In this document: positions 46,099 through 54,485 of the stretch, in pieces
Position numbering within the stretch: position 1 is the first letter of the stretch
Layout of the letters: the number at the start of each line of letters is the position of its first letter
Virus record (IMG/VR): IMGVR_UViG_3300035698_034156
Length of the DNA stretch: 54,485 bases
Reading direction: 5' to 3' (one strand)
Source of the DNA: an uncultured virus (IMG/VR IMGVR_UViG_3300035698_034156)
Taxonomy: Duplodnaviria > Heunggongvirae > Uroviricota > Caudoviricetes
Program-made: the position numbers and the translations under genes
Notes under the pieces: model-generated
Databases searched by the model: none
What the model saw: the letters and a program-made list of their open reading frames with translations, nothing else
What the model was told of the DNA's origin: nothing

Positions 46099-46287
46099 CT
46101 AATTATTTTGTTTATTTTGTTCTTGTTTTGCTTTATCTTCTGCATCTTTTTTCATTCTATATTCAGCCCATCTTCTATATTTGAATTTTGTCCAAGCCTC
46201 TGGCTGTTTTGCTCTCATTTTTCTTTCTTCAGCCAAGAGCTTCTGAACCATTTCATCAGTTACTTTAATGTCTAACATAAAAAACAC
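46099..46287 (-). CDS. Small hypothetical protein
   Basis: ORF with AGGTG RBS. Confidence 0.5.
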   Translation of the reverse strand: MFFMLDIKVTDEMVQKLLAEERKMRAKQPEAWTKFKYRRWAEYRMKKDAEDKAKQEQNKQNN

Positions 46288-46295
46288 CTAAAAAT

Positions 46296-47063
46296 TTGAG
46301 TTATATTTTTAAGAGAATAGTATCTAATAGTAATAAAGGTTTAAAAATAAAGTGTATTGGGGTAATTTTGTTGCTATCTGTTATTATACCGTGTTATAAT
46401 GAAGAAAATAATATAGAAAATCTTAAAATCAATATTAAACCGATTTTATTAGGGTTTAAAGAACTCGAGCTTATTTTTGTGGATGATGGTAGTTCTGATA
46501 ATACTGTTTCTAAAATTAAGGAATTATTTAAAAATGAGCCAATTAAAGTGATAAAACATATAACTAATCAAGGTCTTGGCTCTGCTATTAGAAGCGGTTT
46601 GAAATATTGTGATGGAAATTATGTTTTTGTTTTAGATTTGGATTGTTCTTATGAACCAACAATCGTTTTTGATATGTTAAATCATTTGGAAAAATTGGAT
46701 GAAGAATCGGATATAATCGTTTCTTCTCCTTATATGAAAGGTGGAAATACGGTTGGTGTTCCTAAAGATAGAGAAATCTTGAGTAAAGGAGTTAATTTGC
46801 TTTATAAGATTAGAACAGGAATGAAAATTCATACATTCACTTCAATGGTTAGACTTTACAGAACTTGCGTATTAAAAGATATTGAATGGAAAAATAATGG
46901 ATTTCTTTCACAGGTAGAGATACTTGTAGAAGCGCAAAAAAAACATTATTTAATCAAAGAATTGCCAGCTACCCTTAAGGGTAGAGGGGGTAAATCTTCA
47001 ATGAATGTTCCTGTTACTATTAAATCCCATTTGAAATACTTGATAAATTGTGGTGTAAATTGA
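46296..47063 (+). CDS. GT2 polyprenol-phosphate glycosyltransferase (DPM1-like); true start probably ~46368
   Basis: SVIIPCYNEE, VDDGSSD, NQGLGSA, LDLD, R.GKS. Confidence 0.9.
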   Translation: MSYIFKRIVSNSNKGLKIKCIGVILLLSVIIPCYNEENNIENLKINIKPILLGFKELELIFVDDGSSDNTVSKIKELFKNEPIKVIKHITNQGLGSAIRSGLKYCDGNYVFVLDLDCSYEPTIVFDMLNHLEKLDEESDIIVSSPYMKGGNTVGVPKDREILSKGVNLLYKIRTGMKIHTFTSMVRLYRTCVLKDIEWKNNGFLSQVEILVEAQKKHYLIKELPATLKGRGGKSSMNVPVTIKSHLKYLINCGVN

Positions 47064-48115
47064 AAATAGTTACGGTTTTAGGAACTAGACCTGAAATAGT
47101 TAAATTAGCACCAGTTATTCATAAACTTAACAATTCTAATAAATTTGAGCATTTGTTAATCCACACAGGACAACATTATGATAAAGAACTTAACATTCAG
47201 TTAAGTGAATTGAATTTTGAACCTGATTATTTTTTGAATGTAAAATCAAGAGACATTAAAAAAATAACGAAAAAACTTTTTCCTTTGATAAATAAGATTA
47301 ATCCTGACTTGGTTTTAGTTCAAGGAGATACTAATTCAGCCTTGGCAGGAGCTATCACGTGCCAAGGGACCCATGGAGCGAAGTTGGCGCATTTGGAAGC
47401 TGGGTGCAGAAGTGGAAGTGGTAGAATTGAGGAGTTTAACCGTATTTTAATCGATTATTTGTCAGATTATTACTTTGCTTCAGATGAAGATTCTATGAAA
47501 AATTTGCCGAAAACAGCGTTATTATGCGGTAGAACGTGCTGGGAGTCTCTTGAGATAATAAGAAAAAAATCTAAAAAATCCAAAATTTTAGAGTTATATG
47601 GTTTGAAACCTTATAATTACATACTTTTAACTATTCATCGAGAGGAATCAACTAAACCTAAAAAATTGGCTGAAATAATTGCCGCGATACGCACAAATAG
47701 CGACAACCCCCTTAAAACTGTCGTTTTCACCGTTCACCCTAGAACTATGAAGGTGATTAAAAAGCATAAAATTAGTTTGAAAGGGATTTTAGCTATACCT
47801 CCGCTGGGTTATATTGATTTTGTTAAATTGATGTCGAAAGCTTATTTTGTAATAACGGATTCTGGCGGAATACAGGAAGAATCAGCATTCCTGAGTACGC
47901 CGTGCTATATTCTGATGGATAAGGTTGAATGGATGGAATTTGTTAGAATTGGAAAAAATAGGTTAATTGGGATTGATGGAAATACCATTAAAAAAGAATT
48001 GAATATAGCTATGTCTAGCCCAAACATAATAAAAGATATGAAAAACACAAAACCTATCAAAATACTCAACCCTAGCGATAAAATTATTGATTTTTTAGAA
48101 AAAAAGTTAAAATAA
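47060..48115 (+). CDS. wecB: UDP-N-acetylglucosamine 2-epimerase (WecB/WbpI family)
   Basis: GTRPEIVK, HTGQHYD, QGDTNS, HLEAG, TDSGGIQEE. Confidence 0.92.
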   Translation: MKIVTVLGTRPEIVKLAPVIHKLNNSNKFEHLLIHTGQHYDKELNIQLSELNFEPDYFLNVKSRDIKKITKKLFPLINKINPDLVLVQGDTNSALAGAITCQGTHGAKLAHLEAGCRSGSGRIEEFNRILIDYLSDYYFASDEDSMKNLPKTALLCGRTCWESLEIIRKKSKKSKILELYGLKPYNYILLTIHREESTKPKKLAEIIAAIRTNSDNPLKTVVFTVHPRTMKVIKKHKISLKGILAIPPLGYIDFVKLMSKAYFVITDSGGIQEESAFLSTPCYILMDKVEWMEFVRIGKNRLIGIDGNTIKKELNIAMSSPNIIKDMKNTKPIKILNPSDKIIDFLEKKLK

Positions 48116-48132
48116 ATGGTGTCGTATAACTG

Positions 48133-48771
48133 TTAAAACACTTTTATTTTAATAGTTCCACAACTAGGAACCTTTGAAAAGTATATCCAAACCTTCCTAC
48201 AACCACGAAACTTTTCAGGAAGACGGTCTCCTCTTAATCTCTTAAACCATTTTAAAGGATGAAAAAAACGACCGCCTAAAATATTTTCAACAGCAGTCCA
48301 TTCAATTATTTGGCAATATTTCTTATAATCACCAGTCATATAAATATCCACAAAAAGAGATGGTTCACAAGTATAAAATAAATGTTTTTTAAACAAAGGA
48401 CCTTCAATTTTTAGATTTTGACCAAATAAATAAGATGGGGTCAAATAAGCCATTTTTTTCAAAAGTTTTTGAACAAAAATAGGTTTAAACATATTCAAAA
48501 TAGGTAAAAATAAACAAACAAACAAAAAACTTAATACAAATAAAAATAATATAATATCAATTTTAAAAAATAAAAAAATTATAGATAATAAAAGCATCCA
48601 AGGAATAAGATGGAAAAAAACACTTACACATCCAGCAAGAGACGCACTTATATCTAACCATACATTACCAGAATAAAAGTAACCGAAAGCCACAGTATTT
48701 TTTTCCATATCAATACTCATGACATTCGGGTCACTTAAATGTTTCGCTTTACCTAGAATCATTGAAGTCAC
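48133..48771 (-). CDS. Membrane protein
   Basis: Two TM helices plus a soluble domain. Confidence 0.55.
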   Translation of the reverse strand: MTSMILGKAKHLSDPNVMSIDMEKNTVAFGYFYSGNVWLDISASLAGCVSVFFHLIPWMLLLSIIFLFFKIDIILFLFVLSFLFVCLFLPILNMFKPIFVQKLLKKMAYLTPSYLFGQNLKIEGPLFKKHLFYTCEPSLFVDIYMTGDYKKYCQIIEWTAVENILGGRFFHPLKWFKRLRGDRLPEKFRGCRKVWIYFSKVPSCGTIKIKVF

Positions 48772-48873
48772 TTATGAAATTTCTACAAATGGGTCTCCGT
48801 GCACCGAAACTTTCTTTTCTTTATTTTCTTCTTTTTCTTCTTCTAATTTTTCCTTTTTTTCTTCTTCATTCAT

Positions 48874-49950
48874 TTATAAATCCTCCTTGATAATTTTTCC
48901 AATAAACTCAATATCCTTTCTGGAAACGAGTGGATGAACAGGTAATGATAAAATTTGTTTTGAAATCCTTTCCGCAACAGGAAACTTATCAAAACTATTT
49001 TTGTAATAGGGTTGTTTATGCATTGGAATAGGATAAAATACAGCACAACCAATACCTTTTTCCTTTAATGCATTCATTAATTCATCTCTTGACATTCCAA
49101 AATTTTTTTTATCTATTAAAATGGAATACTGATGAAAAACATGTTTTCTATTTTTCTCAATAAATGGCGTGGTTAAACCACTGATATTTTTTAACTCTTT
49201 ATTCAAAAAACCAGCGTTTCTGATTCTTTGAAAATTCCTTTTATCTAAATTTTTTAGTTGACATAAACCTATCGCCGCAGAAATATTTGTCATCCTATAA
49301 TTGTAACCTAATCTTTCATATTGATAAGTATCACCTTGACCGTGATGTCGAAAAGACCTAGCAAAATTATCTATTTTCTTACTATTAGTTGTAATCATTC
49401 CGCCTTCACCAGTCATCATATTTTTTGTAGCATAAAACGAAAATCCATTAACTTCACCGAAAGAACCAGCTTTCTTATTATGATATTCAGCTCCGTGAGC
49501 TTGAGCAGAATCCTCAATTATTTTTAAACCTGTTTTTTTAATTTTATCAATATCAGCCATTTGACCAAACAAATGAACAGGCATAACATATTCACATTGA
49601 AGACCTTCCGAAACACAAGATAATGCATCTAAATCAATATTGAATGTTTTTTCATTAATATCTATAAAAATAGGTTTACAACCAGCCATTAATATTGCGT
49701 TAACAGAAGCGGCGAAAGTGAAAGTAGGAACAGCTATATACTTAGTTTTATGAGCAATTGAAGCAACACAAGTGTGTAAAGCTGATGTTCCATTATTGGT
49801 AGCAATAGCGTATTTTACACCACAATAATCAGCAAATTTTTTCTCAAATTCTTCTACAACCTTTCCTTGTGCTAACATACCACTTTTCATAACATTAACT
49901 ACGGATTTAATCTCTTTTCTAGTAACAATCGGCTTGGCTATCGGAATCAT
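48874..49950 (-). CDS. DegT/DnrJ sugar aminotransferase (WbpE-like)
   Basis: NGTSALH, IEDSAQAHG, FSFYATKNM.TGEGG, GYNYRM. Confidence 0.93.
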   Translation of the reverse strand: MIPIAKPIVTRKEIKSVVNVMKSGMLAQGKVVEEFEKKFADYCGVKYAIATNNGTSALHTCVASIAHKTKYIAVPTFTFAASVNAILMAGCKPIFIDINEKTFNIDLDALSCVSEGLQCEYVMPVHLFGQMADIDKIKKTGLKIIEDSAQAHGAEYHNKKAGSFGEVNGFSFYATKNMMTGEGGMITTNSKKIDNFARSFRHHGQGDTYQYERLGYNYRMTNISAAIGLCQLKNLDKRNFQRIRNAGFLNKELKNISGLTTPFIEKNRKHVFHQYSILIDKKNFGMSRDELMNALKEKGIGCAVFYPIPMHKQPYYKNSFDKFPVAERISKQILSLPVHPLVSRKDIEFIGKIIKEDL

Positions 49951-50228
49951 TTTTTCACCTTTTTAGATTTATTATAATATTTTATTGCTATAGACCAAAA
50001 TAATATTTGAAAGCCAATAGAAGCATACCACATAAAATGGAAAACTATTTCTTTATCTATACTCCAAAAACCATTTGTCATTAAACCAAACCTAACATTA
50101 TTAGCAATATCATAAAGCCAATGACAAACTAATGCTGTGCATAATAAAAATACCATTATATACTCAAATTTGTCCAACTTTTTCACCCATTTTATTAATA
50201 TAACATTTTTCCTTGGCTGGATTACCAT
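49947..50228 (-). CDS. Small membrane protein (start uncertain)
   Basis: Two hydrophobic helices; fills the operon gap. Confidence 0.45.
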   Translation of the reverse strand: MVIQPRKNVILIKWVKKLDKFEYIMVFLLCTALVCHWLYDIANNVRFGLMTNGFWSIDKEIVFHFMWYASIGFQILFWSIAIKYYNKSKKVKK

Positions 50229-50649
50229 ACACTAAAACAGAAGGTCTAACATCCTTCGTTACAACACTTCCAGCTCCAACCATAGCGTGAGAACCTATTT
50301 CTATTCCAGCAATTAAAGTAGAATTAGCACCAACAGAACATCCATTTTCTAAAACTGTAATAGGAGCTTTTTTATTAGGATTCCAAACAGAAGCACGCGG
50401 ATACAAATCATTTGTGAAAACAACACTAGGACCAATAAAAACAAAATTACCGATTTTAGCGTTATAAATTGAAACATTGTTTTGAATTTTACAATTATTT
50501 CCAATAACTACATCAGCATCAATGTAAACATTCTTACCGATAACACAATTTTCACCTATTGTTCCTCGAATATGAGAATGATGCCAAACTTTTGTTCCAT
50601 TACTTACTTTTCCTTCCACTATCGCCGTTGGATGAATCATTATTTTCAT
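50164..50649 (-). CDS. Hexapeptide-repeat N-acetyltransferase (WbpD-like)
   Basis: IHPTAIV, KIQNNVSIY, GPSVVFTND.YPR, VYGNPAK. Confidence 0.92.
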   Translation of the reverse strand: MKIMIHPTAIVEGKVSNGTKVWHHSHIRGTIGENCVIGKNVYIDADVVIGNNCKIQNNVSIYNAKIGNFVFIGPSVVFTNDLYPRASVWNPNKKAPITVLENGCSVGANSTLIAGIEIGSHAMVGAGSVVTKDVRPSVLVYGNPAKEKCYINKMGEKVGQI

Positions 50650-50856
50650 TATTTTCACTCCGAGTAGTGTGCCCTCGTGAAGGACCAATTGTTCCAATAA
50701 TATAATCTCTATCTCTTAAATAATTTAAAATTAAGTGATGCAATTCTTCTGGTTCAAAACTATTATCCCAAAAACTTAATTTTACTGTATCCCCATGTTT
50801 TGTAATTTGCCCATGAGAATGGTGATTCCTTATTATTGAACGACATTTATCCAAAA

Positions 50857-51741
50857 TTATTCTCCTCCAATTATTTTTTCCGCTGTTATTAAAGTCATTA
50901 AACCATCGTTTCCGTTAATTAACGGTTTTCGGTTTTCATTAATACAATTAATAAATTCGGTTAATTCGAGTTTTAAAGGTTCTTCTTTGAATAATTCTAT
51001 TGTTTTAACTGAATTAGCGTTATCATCTTTTTCAAAAATGTTTATTTCTTGTTGAACCAAGTTAATATACCAAAAACTTTCTTTTAAAGTTGCATAAATA
51101 TGTCTTATTTTACGAGGATTAAACCAATTTACAACGATAGAAGCACTTGAATTATCAGATTTAATAAAAATATGCGCGTGGTCATCGAAATTTGTAAAAC
51201 CAAAACACTCTTTTTTAGATAAACATTGATTTACTTCCTCACATGTTAAGTATCTGAATAAATCAATATCATGAATAGCTAAATCAATTAATACACCAGT
51301 TGAAGGATTTTTAGGTGGTGATACTCCTAAACGCATTATATCCAAAGATAAAATTCGTTCATTATTTTTTTTCACAAAATTTTTAAGATAATTAACAGCA
51401 GGATTAAACCTTTCAATATGCCCAACCATCAATTTTTTATTGTATTTTTTAGCGGTTTCAATCATTTTTTTTGCTTCAATAGAAGTCATAGCAATCGGTT
51501 TTTCAACCAAAACATGACAATATTCTAAAACATCACAAACAACCTTACAATGAAACTTAGTTGGAACTGCTACACTTACACAATCAGGTTTTTTTTCTTT
51601 TATCATTTTCATATAATCAGAATACCAATTATAATTTGTAACTTCGTTTAAATCAGATACCGCAACTAAATCAGAAATTTCAGAAAAAACACGTGCGTGG
51701 TGTTTTCCCATATTTCCATAACCAATTACGGCTGTTTTCAT
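50857..51741 (-). CDS. Gfo/Idh/MocA dehydrogenase (WbpB-like)
   Basis: IGYGNMG, LVEKPIA, GHIERFNPA, DLAIHDID. Confidence 0.92.
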   Translation of the reverse strand: MKTAVIGYGNMGKHHARVFSEISDLVAVSDLNEVTNYNWYSDYMKMIKEKKPDCVSVAVPTKFHCKVVCDVLEYCHVLVEKPIAMTSIEAKKMIETAKKYNKKLMVGHIERFNPAVNYLKNFVKKNNERILSLDIMRLGVSPPKNPSTGVLIDLAIHDIDLFRYLTCEEVNQCLSKKECFGFTNFDDHAHIFIKSDNSSASIVVNWFNPRKIRHIYATLKESFWYINLVQQEINIFEKDDNANSVKTIELFKEEPLKLELTEFINCINENRKPLINGNDGLMTLITAEKIIGGE

Positions 51742-51995
51742 TATATTTCCTCAAATATTTTTTCAAATACTTCTTTTTTCACCATTTTTAAAGCGTTAGC
51801 AAACCTGATAAATGATTGTCTCATTGTTGTATCTTTCACAGAAATTCCAAGTTTTTTGCTTGAAATAATATAAAAAGGAGCTTTGAATTTCACATCCGCT
51901 TTTTGAACACTTAACATTTTTAATTCTACATTAATTTTTAAAGATTTATTTTTTTCTACTATCCACATTTCAGACATAAACATATTTATAGACAT
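51741..51995 (-). CDS. Hypothetical protein
   Basis: First ORF of the minus-strand operon. Confidence 0.5.
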   Translation of the reverse strand: MSINMFMSEMWIVEKNKSLKINVELKMLSVQKADVKFKAPFYIISSKKLGISVKDTTMRQSFIRFANALKMVKKEVFEKIFEEI

Positions 51996-52037
51996 TAACT
52001 TTATAAGACGTATAGCGTTTTGTTGTATTGTTGTCGT

Positions 52038-53393
52038 ATGAATATACTTTTTTTAAATCCTCGGAGACCTTTTCCAATAGAAGAAGATTATAATAGAGGA
52101 TTAAAGTTTTCAAATGGTTATGAAATACCGATAGCTTTAGGTTATTGTGCTTCAATCCTAAGAAAAAAACACGAAGTAAAAATAGTTGACGCTAATTATT
52201 TTCAATATAATGATAAAAGAGTAATGATAAAAACTAAAATGTTCAAACCAGATGTAGTTATTGTTAGTCCAAACACTATGACAAGGTGGCAATGCCCTTC
52301 TTTTACAATCGATTGGATTAAACCAATAATTCAAGAAATTAAAAAATATAACTCAAAAGTAAAAATAATTGTTATTGGAGCACATGCTACAGCAACACCA
52401 AAATGGGTGTTTGAAAAGGTTTCTGAAGTAGATATTGTAATTAGAGGAGAACCTGAATCAGTTATAGAAAATTTATTTCTTGATATAATTAACTTTGATG
52501 CATTAGGTATTTCATATAAAAAAAATGGTAAAATAATACATAATAAGGATGCAGAATTCATAAAAAATATTGATGATATACCTTTCCCATCCTATGATTT
52601 AATGCCAATGAAAGAATATGTTAAAAGAGCAAGATTAAATATTTTATCAAGCAGAGGATGTCCATTTCATTGCATTTACTGTTTTAAACATGTTTTCGGA
52701 GATACTTTGTACAGGGAAAGAAGTCCTAAAAATGTATTAGATGAACTCGAAATATTATTGTCTTATAATCCTTCAAAAATTTCTTTTATGGATTGGGAAT
52801 TTTGTTTAAATAAGAAAAGAGTGTTAGAAATATGTAAAGGAATCAAAGACAGAAATCTTAACTTTAAATGGACTCTTAATACACGATTTCCTGATATAGA
52901 TGATTATCAATTTCTTAAAACTATGAAAGAAGCTGGTTTAGTTGAAGTAAAACTCGGTTTTGAATCTGGAAGTAAACAAATAATAAAGAATATTAATAAA
53001 CAAATTGACTTGGACAGAGTTCCTGTAATAAAAAAGTGGTTGGATGAACTGGGAATAAAAGCGTTTTTTTATGGAATTATTCTTTCCCCAGGTGAAACTT
53101 GGGAAACTCTTAGGGAAAGTGTCAAATTTTCAGTAAAACACGGAATTGGAAAAGGTGGAGGAAAAATTGTTATACCTTTTCCAAAAACAAAATTACATGT
53201 TATGGCTGAAGAACAGTATGGTAGAAAGATAACTTGGGATAATTTACCTGATGTATCTGGAAATATTGGTACTAATTTATTAAATCAAACTTCTGTGGAA
53301 GGAGTATATAGAAGAATTTATGTTTATTATTATTTTTATTCTTTAATTAAAAAAATAAAAGGTGTCTTAAATAGATTTAGAAAAAGTTCATGA
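52038..53393 (+). CDS. Cobalamin-binding radical SAM protein
   Basis: N-terminal B12-binding pattern (GAHAT, RGEPE); SRGCPFHCIYC; GFESGS. Confidence 0.9.
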   Translation: MNILFLNPRRPFPIEEDYNRGLKFSNGYEIPIALGYCASILRKKHEVKIVDANYFQYNDKRVMIKTKMFKPDVVIVSPNTMTRWQCPSFTIDWIKPIIQEIKKYNSKVKIIVIGAHATATPKWVFEKVSEVDIVIRGEPESVIENLFLDIINFDALGISYKKNGKIIHNKDAEFIKNIDDIPFPSYDLMPMKEYVKRARLNILSSRGCPFHCIYCFKHVFGDTLYRERSPKNVLDELEILLSYNPSKISFMDWEFCLNKKRVLEICKGIKDRNLNFKWTLNTRFPDIDDYQFLKTMKEAGLVEVKLGFESGSKQIIKNINKQIDLDRVPVIKKWLDELGIKAFFYGIILSPGETWETLRESVKFSVKHGIGKGGGKIVIPFPKTKLHVMAEEQYGRKITWDNLPDVSGNIGTNLLNQTSVEGVYRRIYVYYYFYSLIKKIKGVLNRFRKSS

Positions 53394-53482
53394 TTGTAAA
53401 AAATGTCATAATAAAATGATTTTAATATCTGTTGATGTTTTAGGCAATACATATTGTGGTTATTGTGGGGAGAAGGTTGATT

Positions 53483-54331
53483 ATGATAGAAAAAAAAAGG
53501 AAAACTAAGTTTATTCGTTATTTCGATAAAACACCGCCAGGAATAAATTGCCCGAACTTTCATGGGTTATCATGGATTAATGGATGTTTGTATAAGTGTA
53601 AGTATTGTTTTTTCCGAAATGATGAACCTATAGTTTTCACAAACACGGATGATATGGTTAAAGAAGTGAAGTTTTGGTTAGCTAAAAATAAAAATCAGGT
53701 ATTACATACAGGAAAAAATAGTGATAGTTTAGCTTTAGATTATCATTATGGTTTAACTGAAAAACTAATTCCTTTGTTTAATGAAGATATTAACGGTAAT
53801 AAGTTGTTATTCTTAACTAAATCAACTAATATTCTTAACATTTTGTCGTTTTCTTCAAAAAATGTTATTGTATCATTTTCTATTAATGCTGAAGAAGTAG
53901 CTAAAAAATATGAAATTGGTTCTCCTTCTCCGATTGAAAGATTGAAATCTGCTAAAATTTTGATGAGTGCTGGGTGGGATACTAGAATTTGTTTAGACCC
54001 TATTATTCCTATTGAAAACTGGAAAGAATATTATACTGTTATTCTTCAAAGAATAATTCATGATGTACATCCATCAAGATTAACTCTTGGAAGTTTAAGA
54101 TATCTTTTGTTAGAAACTGGAGAATCATTTGATTTATGGGGTTTTGAAACAGAAAAAAGTAATTATGATAATAAATATCGTTTAAAAAACAGATTAGAAA
54201 TATACAAATTTTTGATAGATAAAGCAGTTAAACTAGGTTATCCTAAAAGAAAAATTGGAATATGTAAAGAAACTATTGATATTGTAGCTAAACTCGGTTT
54301 AAACAAAGAAATATGTAATTGTACGGTGTAA
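53483..54331 (+). CDS. Spore photoproduct lyase-like radical SAM protein
   Basis: GCLYKCKYC, DSLALD, LTKS, SFSIN, E..SPSPIERL, DPIIP. Confidence 0.8.
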   Translation: MIEKKRKTKFIRYFDKTPPGINCPNFHGLSWINGCLYKCKYCFFRNDEPIVFTNTDDMVKEVKFWLAKNKNQVLHTGKNSDSLALDYHYGLTEKLIPLFNEDINGNKLLFLTKSTNILNILSFSSKNVIVSFSINAEEVAKKYEIGSPSPIERLKSAKILMSAGWDTRICLDPIIPIENWKEYYTVILQRIIHDVHPSRLTLGSLRYLLLETGESFDLWGFETEKSNYDNKYRLKNRLEIYKFLIDKAVKLGYPKRKIGICKETIDIVAKLGLNKEICNCTV

Positions 54332-54333
54332 AA

Positions 54334-54485
54334 ATGAAATATGTAATTAAAAATAAAATGGGTAAAAATTGTGGAACAATAAAACTTGAAAAAAACAGTA
54401 GTCATTCACGTCTTTTAAAATTTGCGTTTACATCAAAAATGTCAGAATATTTACTTGATGATATTCTTGAACTCTTGGAAATAAA
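54334..54485 (+). CDS. Partial ORF running off the window end
   Basis: ATG 2 nt after the previous stop; open to the end. Confidence 0.4.
   Translation, partial: MKYVIKNKMGKNCGTIKLEKNSSHSRLLKFAFTSKMSEYLLDDILELLEI

Noticed and set aside
1..54485. Stop-codon reassignment
   Set aside because: Long genes read through in the standard code, TAA, TAG and TGA all end recognisable genes, no suppressor anticodon was found, and the broken genes need frameshifts rather than readthrough.

Overview
AT-rich archaeal sequence that looks like part of a large virus or other extrachromosomal element, probably with a DPANN-type host (inferred). Archaeal signals: tRNA introns in bulge-helix-bulge (BHB) motifs, C1-G72 tRNA-Tyr, A1-U72 tRNA-Gln and initiator tRNA-Met, TATA boxes and GGTGA ribosome-binding sites. 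No capsid, terminase or core housekeeping operon lies in the window. Layout: (1) 1-18.5 kb, giant surface proteins, including an apparent tip adhesin / pilin / chaperone-like / membrane-anchor set linked by a shared N-terminal AVNLTAG strand (candidate new donor-strand fimbria). (2) 18.5-23.2 kb, uppS, tRNA-iMet and tRNA-Gly, a DIP1984-like gene and several structured non-coding RNA candidates, three of which start exactly 30 nt from a TATA box. (3) 23-35 kb, small phage-like genes including a lesioned rtcB, an RNA ligase, an HD hydrolase, GGCT, YopX, HNH proteins and a phosphoesterase. (4) 35.2-39.8 kb, a 21-gene tRNA cluster plus Thg1; with the two upstream genes there are 23 tRNAs covering all 20 amino acids, although the Thr gene is broken. 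(5) 42-54.5 kb, a tyrosine recombinase, a membrane-anchored JAB protein and a glycosylation island (GT-C, GT4 half, GT2, WbpB/E/D/I-like enzymes, two radical SAM proteins). All calls come from reading motifs by eye; no database search was run.
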